Shown in pieces: positions 1 through 9,176 of a stretch of 64,000 nt of DNA. The notes beneath the pieces were generated by a model. That model was given only the letters and a program-made list of their open reading frames with translations. It ran no database searches and was not told where the DNA came from. Numbering within the stretch: position 1 is the first letter of the stretch; each line of letters starts with the position of its first letter. Origin of the DNA: an uncultured virus (IMG/VR IMGVR_UViG_2795385501_000005). Its lineage: Duplodnaviria > Heunggongvirae > Uroviricota > Caudoviricetes. The DNA is taken from IMG/VR virus record IMGVR_UViG_2795385501_000005, positions 1 to 64,000 of that record; one strand, 5' to 3'. A program made the position numbers and the translations under genes.

Positions 1-426
1 CTAATCCGGCATTGCTGGCCACTCTATGCTTTTACCAGTCGATATATCCAATCTCATTAAAGAGATTCGATACTCCTTCCATTTTGCCAAATCATTTGCT
101 TCCGTCCCTTCAGGCGAACCGCTGTCAACCGCATCCTGACGCCATTCAATTTCACTATCAGCTTTGGCCTTTAGCGCCGATCTCTGACTAGTTGCCTCAA
201 CTAGAACTTCCTCTGGCGTCATCTCTGGTGCATCGACCCAGGCTGGCCTGCCCTTTACCGTCCCCAATAGTTTTCTTTGTGGTGCGGCAGTGGCGTGATA
301 TATAGTCATCTCATCGTCAGTGGGGATGATTAAGTCTGAGTCTTTAATTTCACCGTAGCTACCATCATCGACCATATTTTTTGCCAAAAACCGGCTTGTC
401 TTTTTATTAAATAAATATGACATCAC
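1..426 (-). CDS. Tail fibre assembly chaperone (Tfa-like)
   Basis: C-terminal 'ADSEIEWRQDAVD..WKEYRISLMRLD..IEWP' motif; directly downstream of the fibre gene. Confidence 0.85.
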   Translation of the reverse strand: MMSYLFNKKTSRFLAKNMVDDGSYGEIKDSDLIIPTDDEMTIYHATAAPQRKLLGTVKGRPAWVDAPEMTPEEVLVEATSQRSALKAKADSEIEWRQDAVDSGSPEGTEANDLAKWKEYRISLMRLDISTGKSIEWPAMPD

Positions 427-437
427 AACCTCGTTAT

Positions 438-1643
438 TTAGTAGCCAAAAGCAACCCAGAATAAATCCACAACCACAGTATCAGCCGCATTAACCTCAAA
501 TGTTGTGCTGGTGACGTTCCTCACGGTTTGGTTTGCCTGAGCACCAGTGGCGGCAGCACTATAATTTCGAGTGGTAATGACTGAACCGGTATAATTGGGG
601 AATGCAGTTGGAAAGGTGACCGTGGAGAATGATGTTCCAGTAGCTAGGCCTGTTGCCTTGCCCCACTGGATAATTAACCCGCCCGGACGGTCTGGTATCC
701 TGATGAAACTATTACCAGTGAAGTTTATTTTTCCAAAAAGAATCATTAGCCCCGGCAACGTGAGAACCTTATCTGCCGTACCGACGGGGATTTCTGCCGA
801 GGTTGCTACGTCACGTGTGGATGAATTACCCAATCCTAAGTTAACCCTGGACTGGGGTTTGTCCGAAAGGTCATTCAGATTTTGCGTCTTTTGAAGGGCT
901 CCAGTAATGCGCGTGTCATTGCCGGCGGCCACGGTATTAGCCGCACTCCCCACATCTAATGTTGAAGAATTTCCGAGGCCTAAGTTATTCCTAGCGGTAG
1001 CCGCGTTAGTCACATCCGACAAGTTTTTTGATTGAGCTAGCGCATAGGATACCAGCCCTGGAAGAGTAACAACCTTGTCTGCTGTGCCGATCGGATAGTC
1101 GGATACAAGCGCCACATCCCTTGTGGATGAGTTGCCAAGACCAAGATTGGTCCTTGATGCTGGCTTGCTCGCCAAGTCAGAAAGGTTGGCGCTTTTCTTC
1201 AGAGCATCAGCAGCGGCGGCAGCGGCCTCTGTTAAGCCAAGGTTAGCTACAGCAGCAGCCACAGCTGCGGGACCAGCAGTTGCTATTTCAGATAAGTTAT
1301 TGGCTGTTTGTAGTGATAAATCTTTTTGAGCCAGTTGCGCAATTGTGCCTGCCGTCAACATATTGGCTGCAATGTCATTAGCAGACCACAACCTTGCTGG
1401 GGTACCCTCCTGAGCGCGAACTATCGTCATGACATCTCCCGAACGAGAGGTAACATGAACTATTTCTGTTAATGTCCCTGTAGCGGCATCAACTAAAGTA
1501 AGCTTGAAGTAACTAGACCCCGGGCTAGGTGACGGAAAGATTATCCCGGTGCCGGTATTAACAGTAAGTGTCGTTGCGGTCGCGCTGATGCCGGACGCCA
1601 ATACTGTCGATGCGTTATTGGATGTTAAGAGTGTCAAGGCCAT
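438..1643 (-). CDS. Tail fibre protein with gp53-like C-terminus
   Basis: Repeated 'NLGLGNSSTRDV/NLSD' units; C-terminal 'GGLIIQWG..FPTAFP..AFGY'. Confidence 0.9.
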   Translation of the reverse strand: MALTLLTSNNASTVLASGISATATTLTVNTGTGIIFPSPSPGSSYFKLTLVDAATGTLTEIVHVTSRSGDVMTIVRAQEGTPARLWSANDIAANMLTAGTIAQLAQKDLSLQTANNLSEIATAGPAAVAAAVANLGLTEAAAAAADALKKSANLSDLASKPASRTNLGLGNSSTRDVALVSDYPIGTADKVVTLPGLVSYALAQSKNLSDVTNAATARNNLGLGNSSTLDVGSAANTVAAGNDTRITGALQKTQNLNDLSDKPQSRVNLGLGNSSTRDVATSAEIPVGTADKVLTLPGLMILFGKINFTGNSFIRIPDRPGGLIIQWGKATGLATGTSFSTVTFPTAFPNYTGSVITTRNYSAAATGAQANQTVRNVTSTTFEVNAADTVVVDLFWVAFGY

Positions 1644-1665
1644 TTGGCTCTCCTGATATTAAGAT

Positions 1666-1690
1666 AATAAAAAACCCGCATAAGCGGGTT
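1666..1690 (-). terminator. Intrinsic terminator after ant
   Basis: AACCCGC-TTAT-GCGGGTT hairpin followed by a T-tract on the minus strand. Confidence 0.75.
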
Positions 1691-1715
1691 AGGTTTAGTT
1701 CAACAATCTGGGTTT

Positions 1716-2615
1716 TTAACGAGGTAGTGGGTTCCAGTGATTCTCTCTCAAGTAAGCTAAAGACGAGTAGCAACCCTCGCGTCCAGATGGTTTAGCAATA
1801 TGCCGAGTTTCTCTGGAAAGAATTGATTCGGTATTCCCTAGCCAATATTTGAACTCACGAGCAATATCGCAGGCATCGCCAGCGTATTTCGATTCAAGCT
1901 GTTTAAGTGCTGGGTACGTTTCTTCCGCGTGTCGACGCATTTTATCAGCAACAAGCCACAACCAAGATAATGCGCACAGTTCATCATTAGTGAACTGTAC
2001 TTGCTTAACAGTGGCTGGCACCGCTTCCTGTTTGCCAAGGTATTCACCATCAAGAACCACACGATGGATATATTCTACAGCCAGCGGAATTTGATTAAGC
2101 TCAAGCTCGTCAATGCTATCAATGTTAAAACGCTGATGAACCATATTGTATGCATCGTCATAGCGGAGTCCTTTCTTGCCGACCAACATGTTTACTGCGT
2201 CACGAAGCGGAGTGCGCTCATTGACTGTAGTTTTGCTGACTTTCGGCTTTACCTCACCCTTAGACCAATATTCATATAGAACGCTGAAACACTCTTCCTG
2301 ATACTGAATGAGCTTGTCTTTGATATCGGCACGAACCTTTTCAGGGTTGATACTGAACAACCAGCCGTTGAGCTTGCGCAATGGAATGCAGATCATCTTC
2401 TGAATGCCACCTTTTGTAGGAGTAGAGATATCTCTACACCCAAATTTTTCCTTCTGATTTTTGAGCTTTACAAGCTGCCCGGTCCAATCTATCCCAATGT
2501 TCTCAATGATTGGGCGCATAGCGACAAAAGGCTGACCATCATGGAAAATTGTAGCCAAAGATTGACCATGGAAAGGAACGTTGATAGTAGAGATCTGAGT
2601 TGCTATACTTGACAT
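1716..2615 (-). CDS. ant: P22 Ant-type antirepressor
   Basis: 'INVPFHG..PFVAMRPIIENIGIDW..LRKLNGWLFSINPEKV' P22_AR N-domain; start taken at MSSIAT (2615). Confidence 0.9.
   Translation of the reverse strand: MSSIATQISTINVPFHGQSLATIFHDGQPFVAMRPIIENIGIDWTGQLVKLKNQKEKFGCRDISTPTKGGIQKMICIPLRKLNGWLFSINPEKVRADIKDKLIQYQEECFSVLYEYWSKGEVKPKVSKTTVNERTPLRDAVNMLVGKKGLRYDDAYNMVHQRFNIDSIDELELNQIPLAVEYIHRVVLDGEYLGKQEAVPATVKQVQFTNDELCALSWLWLVADKMRRHAEETYPALKQLESKYAGDACDIAREFKYWLGNTESILSRETRHIAKPSGREGCYSSLAYLRENHWNPLPR
2581..2609 (+). promoter_or_regulatory. Sigma70 promoter (Psar-like), antisense to ant
   Basis: TTGATA (2581-2586), 17 nt spacer, TATACT (2604-2609). Confidence 0.7.
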
Positions 2616-2689
2616 GTCGATAACTCCGAAAGTATTTGACAAATTAGAAGCCCGGCTAGTGTTGACGCACTGCCGGGTTTCGTTGTTTT
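2616..2689 (+). ncRNA. Sar-like antisense RNA to the ant ribosome-binding region
   Basis: Follows the promoter above, spans the arc-ant intergenic region and ends in GAAGCCCGG..CCGGGTTTC-GTTGTTTT; same layout as P22 sar. Confidence 0.65.
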
Positions 2690-2853
2690 CACTGCACACT
2701 AGCAAATCCCTCGCTTTTCAGGCTATTCATCAATCTCTGATAAATCTCTGAGTTAATGGAGCGTCCATTTCTTTCTGCCGCCATTTTCACAAGATCCATA
2801 TCGCTTTTTGGCATTCGTATATTAAATACAGGCAACTTACGTGCGTCTTTCAT
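2689..2853 (-). CDS. arc: Arc-family ribbon-helix-helix repressor, 54 aa (absent from the ORF track)
   Basis: Hand translation MKDARKLPVFNIRMPKSDMDLVKMAAERNGRSINSEIYQRLMNSLKSEGFASVQ. Confidence 0.9.
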   Translation of the reverse strand: MKDARKLPVFNIRMPKSDMDLVKMAAERNGRSINSEIYQRLMNSLKSEGFASVQ

Positions 2854-2867
2854 TTTAGCTTCCTTCT

Positions 2868-2886
2868 TAAGACCACCGTGGTCTTA
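2868..2886. promoter_or_regulatory. Mnt-type operator
   Basis: 19-bp palindrome TAAGACCAC-C-GTGGTCTTA between arc and mnt; CCACGGTGG core as recalled for the P22 Mnt operator. Confidence 0.75.
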
Positions 2887-2940
2887 TTGATAAGATAATA
2901 CCACCGTAATAGTATGTCAACTCTATTTATCGGAGGATGC

Positions 2941-3252
2941 ATGGCCAGAAACGATCCACAGTTCAACTTGCGCATGACACAAGAACTTAAGTGCGAGCTT
3001 ACTGAAAGAGCAAAAAGAAACGGCAGATCACTGAACGCCGAGATAGTACAAATACTTGATGATGCAATCGAAGCGGAGAAATCAGGCTTCCCGGCAGGAG
3101 ATGCTAGGGAGCTAAGGAATGTGATCAGAATGCAGAGTGAGATGCTTGATCAGCAAGGCAGTAATCTTAAAAACATGGCGTCAATGTTTGCAGAGTCACT
3201 AAAAAAGGTCTCTGAAATTATTGAAGAAAAACATAATAAAAAGCCCACCTGA
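2941..3252 (+). CDS. mnt: Mnt-like Arc-family repressor
   Basis: 'MARNDPQFNLRM..NGRSLNAEIVQIL'; divergent from arc-ant. Confidence 0.85.
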   Translation: MARNDPQFNLRMTQELKCELTERAKRNGRSLNAEIVQILDDAIEAEKSGFPAGDARELRNVIRMQSEMLDQQGSNLKNMASMFAESLKKVSEIIEEKHNKKPT

Positions 3253-3313
3253 GTGGGCTGCTCAGCGCAATGACGCGCCAGAAAGAAAAGGCCTACGTAA
3301 ATTGGGCCATTTA

Positions 3314-3952
3314 TTAATACACATTCTTAATTTGTGTTGTTCCATCCGTAATACCGTTTTTGCTTAGAGTCCAGCAAGACATAGCAATGTCCCTGAACTG
3401 CCCTCTTACCTCAGGAGACAATCCAGGTTGCTGGTTTACATCTTCTTCAATCTGCCTTAATGGAATTCCCCCCCTTTGTCCAACGCCAGCGGCTTTGCAT
3501 AATGCTCTAATATTCAAATCAAATTCAGCTTGGTCATATTGGTTTCTTGCCATGACAAGATAATATATATGATTTAAATCATGTATTGCCGATTTAGTCT
3601 CTCTATCTCTGATGCAAACTGGGTTTTTACTACACAGTCCATCTTCTTTTTCTTCTTTTTTTTCTTTTAGCTCATCGTAATAAAAATCAAGGGCGCATGA
3701 ACCTGAAGCTGCATATGAAAGATCATAGCATTTATCAGATAATCTCTTTAAGAAGTCATCAGTCTCCCAACCATTGGCAATCATTTCTCCTCGGACTGTA
3801 TTAATATTTACAGGAATACTCGCCCCCATTGGGTTGTAAATTGAAGGAGCCATTTTGATAAGAAAATCACGCTTCTGTGATAGAGGTGGTTCGGCGCAGC
3901 CTGAAAGAAAAATTGACACAATTAACAAAAAACATAACTTATTCATCATCAT
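3314..3952 (-). CDS. Putative lipoprotein (accessory, AT-rich)
   Basis: Signal peptide with lipobox LSGC; Cys-rich body. Confidence 0.7.
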   Translation of the reverse strand: MMMNKLCFLLIVSIFLSGCAEPPLSQKRDFLIKMAPSIYNPMGASIPVNINTVRGEMIANGWETDDFLKRLSDKCYDLSYAASGSCALDFYYDELKEKKEEKEDGLCSKNPVCIRDRETKSAIHDLNHIYYLVMARNQYDQAEFDLNIRALCKAAGVGQRGGIPLRQIEEDVNQQPGLSPEVRGQFRDIAMSCWTLSKNGITDGTTQIKNVY

Positions 3953-3990
3953 CCCTAAAACCCTATGAAAGAGGATAAATTCTATACCAT

Positions 3991-4695
3991 TCAACCAACA
4001 ATGGTCACAGAAACAGGCTGATAAAATGGCATATGTAAAAGTCCACTATCGAAAGCCTGCTTGAATAGTGATGCAAACTCATATTCGTTACTTTTAATCA
4101 GGACGCTTGTGTTCTGATTAAAAGAGCGAGTATTTATGGGGAATGAATTATATACCCCCGAGTTTGTAAGCTTTCTATACCCTTTAACAATCGAAATGTT
4201 AGCGCCTGATGTGGAAAACAGCACCGAAATACTCCACCGCTGATCATTAACAACATCTACTCCATCGACCCCGGTCAAAAACCTCATAACCCGGCGCTTT
4301 AGCCACGGTATGGTAAAGTTGAAACCATCACCTTTATAGTAATTCCATGTCATTACTCTTTTGAACACATCGTCTGAAGCAACTACTTGCTCAGATTCAT
4401 CCTTAACCATCCGTCCATTAAAAGGCAATTGGTTAAACAAAAGCGAATTGTAATCACCAAACGTGCGGCGCTTGTCACTAACCAGTATAGGTGGCCTAAC
4501 CCCATACACCCCCAAAGCAATCCACCTGAGCTGATCGCCTGCGTTATAGCCGCCAACAAAAACAGGGAGATTCGCATCTTTCATCCATGAATATATGTCT
4601 TTTGACAGCGTGTTATATGCGTCAACAAAAGCCTGAAGATTTTCATCATCATTATACTGTTGATATAAATATGCACGAATAATATCATCAAGCAT
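3991..4695 (-). CDS. Baseplate wedge/tail protein
   Basis: Position immediately after baseplate J; coupled ORF. Confidence 0.65.
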   Translation of the reverse strand: MLDDIIRAYLYQQYNDDENLQAFVDAYNTLSKDIYSWMKDANLPVFVGGYNAGDQLRWIALGVYGVRPPILVSDKRRTFGDYNSLLFNQLPFNGRMVKDESEQVVASDDVFKRVMTWNYYKGDGFNFTIPWLKRRVMRFLTGVDGVDVVNDQRWSISVLFSTSGANISIVKGYRKLTNSGVYNSFPINTRSFNQNTSVLIKSNEYEFASLFKQAFDSGLLHMPFYQPVSVTIVG

Positions 4696-4696
4696 C

Positions 4697-6115
4697 TCAC
4701 CCCCCAGTAACGGTCACGCCATCATCTGAAATAAACCAATAGCTGTATCTGTCACCGCTAATTATATTTGTATTTTCATCCACGCTAGTAATAACGCCAT
4801 TTACAGTAACAATCACATTGAGATTGCTAATCAAGCTCATATTTAGAGTTTCATTTATGGACTGCAAAAAAACATCTTTTATACTATTAATATTTAACGG
4901 ATTACCAGCATAAATACCGTTAATATAAGAAATGACTGGAGCAGCCACTAGGGAAGATACCGTGGCGTCAGTTAGATAATTGACACTTTCAGTTGCCCAC
5001 TCTAATTTTACAGTTACGCGCTGCTGTAAAGGTTGAACAAAAGGTATAACGTAGCTATCAGGCCAGTCATTTATTGTTACAGTGTTATTTCTTAAATTTG
5101 GAGTTACCACCCCGCCGCCAGTCCATGCCCCGGAACCCGTCGTGCTAACACCAATAGAGAACGAGTGGGAATTTATAACAGTAATGGTGAAAGGCGTGCC
5201 ATTGATCCCTGAAATCCCCGTAACTCCATTAATAATAGCGACCTGCCCACTACTAAATCCATGAGTTATATCGGTGGTAATAACTCCAGGAGAAGCATTG
5301 GTTATTCCTGTAACATTTAGTGAAGTGCCTTTTAATCGGCTAATATCGCCTGCTGACTTGTAAATAGCCCCTGCCATTGAAAAAATGTCACCCCCGCCGC
5401 ACATGATTATCCAATCGCTACCATCGGCCACGACAGAGACAAGCCTAGCCTGAACATTATCTAAATCAGTTAATTTTTGACGAATAAAGCCAGGATACCC
5501 CTGGACTGTGCTCATTCCTGATTCCCATACTCGCCCCCTGAACTCTGCAACGGTTTCGGTTGGTCCACCGGGTATCCCTGCGGTTTGATTTGTACAAGTA
5601 ATAACGATATCTGATGGCAGGCTTGTGGCTATATTGTTTACGGTATTCTCTGGTACTGCCCATGTCCCTGTGATTGTTGCCGCACAAGTAACTGGTGATG
5701 TTGTTCCTGACGCAGGAATTATGGTTGTATCAGATAATGAATATTGATGCGTGCCATCTGAAACCAAAAAACCCTGAGGGAGGGCAAATCCTGCCGGGCC
5801 ACTAAAAATAATCTGAACAGTTGTCAGCCCCTCTGTTTTTTGCCCAGTTATCCCATATTGTTCAGCGAGAGTATTAAGCATAAAAATATTAGCCGTTAGT
5901 GGTCCAACTGAGTTAATTAAATCAACTCTGGCTTGATCACAAACGAGAAGTGCGCCAACGCTGGTACTAACAATATCCTCTACCAAAGATCCGGGCAAAT
6001 CAGTTGTAATTCCAGGTGATTGCGCAGTGGCGAGGGAGACTATTTTATCTCTTAATTCATTTGCGGTTAGTGGGATAGGGCCTGATGCATTGTAACTAAC
6101 TGGCAAATCACTCAT
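4697..6115 (-). CDS. Baseplate J/gp47-like protein with inserted beta-domain
   Basis: 'GPAGFALPQGFLVSDG..AGIPGGPTETVAEFRGRV' J-like motifs. Confidence 0.85.
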   Translation of the reverse strand: MSDLPVSYNASGPIPLTANELRDKIVSLATAQSPGITTDLPGSLVEDIVSTSVGALLVCDQARVDLINSVGPLTANIFMLNTLAEQYGITGQKTEGLTTVQIIFSGPAGFALPQGFLVSDGTHQYSLSDTTIIPASGTTSPVTCAATITGTWAVPENTVNNIATSLPSDIVITCTNQTAGIPGGPTETVAEFRGRVWESGMSTVQGYPGFIRQKLTDLDNVQARLVSVVADGSDWIIMCGGGDIFSMAGAIYKSAGDISRLKGTSLNVTGITNASPGVITTDITHGFSSGQVAIINGVTGISGINGTPFTITVINSHSFSIGVSTTGSGAWTGGGVVTPNLRNNTVTINDWPDSYVIPFVQPLQQRVTVKLEWATESVNYLTDATVSSLVAAPVISYINGIYAGNPLNINSIKDVFLQSINETLNMSLISNLNVIVTVNGVITSVDENTNIISGDRYSYWFISDDGVTVTGG

Positions 6116-6444
6116 ACATTCACCTGTGCAATGATTTTTGAACCGGCGTTCGTTATAGCCGATATGTTATAAATTGGCGGGTCATCACTGACCATGGCAA
6201 TCTGCAAAGAAGAGAAATATTGGCTAAATTGTTGCTGTATTCTATTGACGTAATAAGTCGGCAATATCTGCTGAATGACCGAGCCATTAGCCGGGATGCC
6301 GTTATTCGCGTAAAAGGGTGATTCTTGCGGGGCCAGCTTCAGGTTTTGAATAAGCGTCGTCAGATAAACAGAATCATTAAAACCATTATCATCAGTTTCA
6401 ACAAGCACCCATTGGCCCTCTGAATTTCTGCCGTAAGTTCTCAT
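6112..6444 (-). CDS. Baseplate wedge protein (gpW/gp46-like)
   Basis: 'ESPFYANNGIP' motif; lies between spike and J. Confidence 0.65.
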   Translation of the reverse strand: MRTYGRNSEGQWVLVETDDNGFNDSVYLTTLIQNLKLAPQESPFYANNGIPANGSVIQQILPTYYVNRIQQQFSQYFSSLQIAMVSDDPPIYNISAITNAGSKIIAQVNV

Positions 6445-7157
6445 TCAGTAATATTCCCGTTAAAAGGCGTTGTAGTTGAACCGGTATTTGACCCGCCATT
6501 ACCGTTGGTATGAACGTGGCTATTACACCATGCAACCAATCCGGCCCAGCCCTCATGCATAATTGCAGGACTTGTACTTGCGGTAGCATCTTCTAACTTT
6601 CCAGCTTCTCCAGAAAGGCTCCACATGCCGTTTGTCAAAGTTAGCACCGTACTGCCAACTGTGACTTTAAACTGTGTAGGCGTGGCAATAGTGATACTTT
6701 CCGGCGTAAGCAAAAATGTTGTATTGCTTCCGCCATCCCGAATAGTCACCCCCTCTGGTCCGTATAGCGTCAGGACCTGCCCATCAACCGAATCCCACTC
6801 GGTATTGCTGATGGGTAAAAAAACCAAGGCACTTAAGTTCGCAGGAGGCGTAAGGTCTGCCGTCCCTCCCCCTTGCCCACTCACTCCGCCAAGATAGGTG
6901 TCAGCAGGGATCACGATCCCTTTATCCCCTGATTGCATTGGGTAGCGAATATATTGAGGCCCAAAGATAGGAATAGTGACTTGAGGTAGCGTGTACGGGA
7001 TATTAGTGAGATTGAATGAAACAGTTACCATTTTCCCTGACTGAGAAATAACAGTTACTGGCAATACCTTACCAGCCGACTCCATTGCTTCGCTTATTTT
7101 GTTTTCAGCAAACTGAGTAATATTTCTATTAAAATTCAACTTATTGCTAACATTCAT
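6441..7157 (-). CDS. Baseplate central spike (gpV/Gp138-like)
   Basis: Beta-rich C-terminus ending in HxH 'NSHVHTNGNGGSNTG'. Confidence 0.8.
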   Translation of the reverse strand: MNVSNKLNFNRNITQFAENKISEAMESAGKVLPVTVISQSGKMVTVSFNLTNIPYTLPQVTIPIFGPQYIRYPMQSGDKGIVIPADTYLGGVSGQGGGTADLTPPANLSALVFLPISNTEWDSVDGQVLTLYGPEGVTIRDGGSNTTFLLTPESITIATPTQFKVTVGSTVLTLTNGMWSLSGEAGKLEDATASTSPAIMHEGWAGLVAWCNSHVHTNGNGGSNTGSTTTPFNGNITE

Positions 7158-8179
7158 TTTTTCGCCAACTCCGTAGAAGGATATGCCTCAATGATGGTCA
7201 CCCAACTATTTGCATCGGGTTGCCGGCTGTTACCTACAAGGCGAACGGATTGCACGATAAACTCACCAGTAAAAGCAGAGTCATTTCTGAATTGAGAAAA
7301 TGAAGATGCTTGAATCATTGCCCGTGATTTTTTCGGCATTAAAATATGGTCACCAACCTGAATATCGGCTCGCATTACACATGGCACTGTTATTGTGCCA
7401 AATCTAATCCAGGTGGGCTGACCTATAAGATCAGTGAATTCTATTTGAGTTGGATGACCATTCCGGTAGGTGGCACTTTTTAATGATGTTTTATCTGAAT
7501 GATTAATATAATCGTTATCCCATACCCTTATCTCTTTTCCATTAACGATGGTAATTTCAACACCAGAATAAGATGAATCTTTAATTATTGTCTTTGAGAA
7601 GTTTTTCAGATCGCTAGCTAACTGGCTAAGAGCCCCACAGAACATGGGCCTTGAATATGGAAGCACCAAGCGGTTACTAACGTTTATATTGTGAGTGTAT
7701 GAACCACCAAGAGTCTGAAAGCATTGAGTTAAAGCTACCGATAACTGCTGTCCCACCCCCCATGGCATCGTTAAATTAAGCGGAGCCATAGGTAACTGAC
7801 TGGTGGTCGATGTGGGTCCAGCAACAACGATTAAATCAAGCCGTAACTCGGTTCCCTGCCAGTTTCCAAATGCTTGCCAGATGGTCCCCTCAAGAACCAA
7901 GCCTTTTTGAGATGGCTTCGATAACGGCAATCCCTTTGACATTCCAACAAACATTTTTACAGTCATGCCAAACATGTTTTGCTGGGCTTGCTGCATTTCC
8001 TGTGGGCTAACTCCCCAAACAGTGATGCAGCTTTGCCCTTGTGGGGTTGACTCTCCAAATCGTTGAATGTCAAATTCAACCATCAGCCCGCCAGGATTGA
8101 AAACTCCATTCTTAAGGCTTGAATACTGACGAAATAAAGCTCCCTTCTGGTCATATATTTGAATATCGTAAAAGCGCAT
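7154..8179 (-). CDS. Baseplate hub protein
   Basis: Size and position before the spike; C-terminal 'GEFIVQSVRLVGNSR..W'. Confidence 0.7.
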   Translation of the reverse strand: MRFYDIQIYDQKGALFRQYSSLKNGVFNPGGLMVEFDIQRFGESTPQGQSCITVWGVSPQEMQQAQQNMFGMTVKMFVGMSKGLPLSKPSQKGLVLEGTIWQAFGNWQGTELRLDLIVVAGPTSTTSQLPMAPLNLTMPWGVGQQLSVALTQCFQTLGGSYTHNINVSNRLVLPYSRPMFCGALSQLASDLKNFSKTIIKDSSYSGVEITIVNGKEIRVWDNDYINHSDKTSLKSATYRNGHPTQIEFTDLIGQPTWIRFGTITVPCVMRADIQVGDHILMPKKSRAMIQASSFSQFRNDSAFTGEFIVQSVRLVGNSRQPDANSWVTIIEAYPSTELAKK

Positions 8180-8454
8180 CAGCTTGTTACCTCAATTCGA
8201 CCATTAGGCTGACGCCATATCATGGATGTTGAAGAAAAAACTCCCGATATAAGGTTAATCCCCATACCGGTTGTTGATTCGATCATTGCGGTGGTAAGGA
8301 TCTGGTTACCTGAGTTATCCGTAATGTTCAGATACCATCTCTGAGCCGATATATTCCATTTTATTTGGCAGTTATAAATCGTCCCATCCAGCGACGGAGT
8401 AAACGACATGCTCTCCCGCTCATTGCCAGAAAAATCATAATATTCTGTACTCAT
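8179..8454 (-). CDS. Small baseplate (plug-like) protein
   Basis: 'LDG..Y...IKWN..AQRWYLNITD' pattern and synteny. Confidence 0.6.
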   Translation of the reverse strand: MSTEYYDFSGNERESMSFTPSLDGTIYNCQIKWNISAQRWYLNITDNSGNQILTTAMIESTTGMGINLISGVFSSTSMIWRQPNGRIEVTS

Positions 8455-9176
8455 AAGCCGAAAGCTCCACTCAGTTTTCCAACAAGCCCTACAACCTCAC
8501 TTGCTATGCCTGAGACGCTTCCACCAAGAGAGGTATTTCCTAATGCCGCAGCCGTACTTGTCCACGCGCTACTGGTTGTCTTTGCTCCACCGTCTATCTT
8601 GCCGATAAAGCTATTAACGGCTTGCTCGGCTCCAGTCTCAGTAACAAGTGGCTGCTCGAAATCCCATACCCACGATTTTTGCGTGATCGCTTCGTTATAG
8701 CTGGTAACGTCTTTCACTGTTTTCAGTATGCAACCGCTGTATATCAATGCAGGTGTTGCAACAATGAATGTGCCACCAAGGTTGGCATGAGCTTGCAGAA
8801 CTGACTGAAGTGCACTTAGGGTCACTAATTTTGTCATTGCGCCAGTGTTCTCATTAACCGGCGCATCCATCATTAGAGATACTCGGAGTGGTTGTGCTAA
8901 TAGCGCGTTTGCAGCCACTGTTTGGTTAGCGAATGGGTATCGGGCAATATCGTAATCAACCATAGTTGCCCCCTGAATGGGCTTCCAATGGCAGAAATAC
9001 TTATCCAAGTCTGTCAGGTTTATAGCCCCGCCGATGAGTCCCGTAACAAAACTTGCGCTTTGTGTAAGAGCCACTATCGGCAGCATCCCTCCTGGGATGC
9101 TTTGAGCTACACCCTCACACAGAATTACAGGGGATATTTCAAAACCAAGCTTGTAAAGCTCCCGCGTGAAAGCCAT
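8451..9176 (-). CDS. Tail tube initiator/Dit-like protein
   Basis: Directly after the tape measure gene. Confidence 0.55.
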   Translation of the reverse strand: MAFTRELYKLGFEISPVILCEGVAQSIPGGMLPIVALTQSASFVTGLIGGAINLTDLDKYFCHWKPIQGATMVDYDIARYPFANQTVAANALLAQPLRVSLMMDAPVNENTGAMTKLVTLSALQSVLQAHANLGGTFIVATPALIYSGCILKTVKDVTSYNEAITQKSWVWDFEQPLVTETGAEQAVNSFIGKIDGGAKTTSSAWTSTAAALGNTSLGGSVSGIASEVVGLVGKLSGAFGL

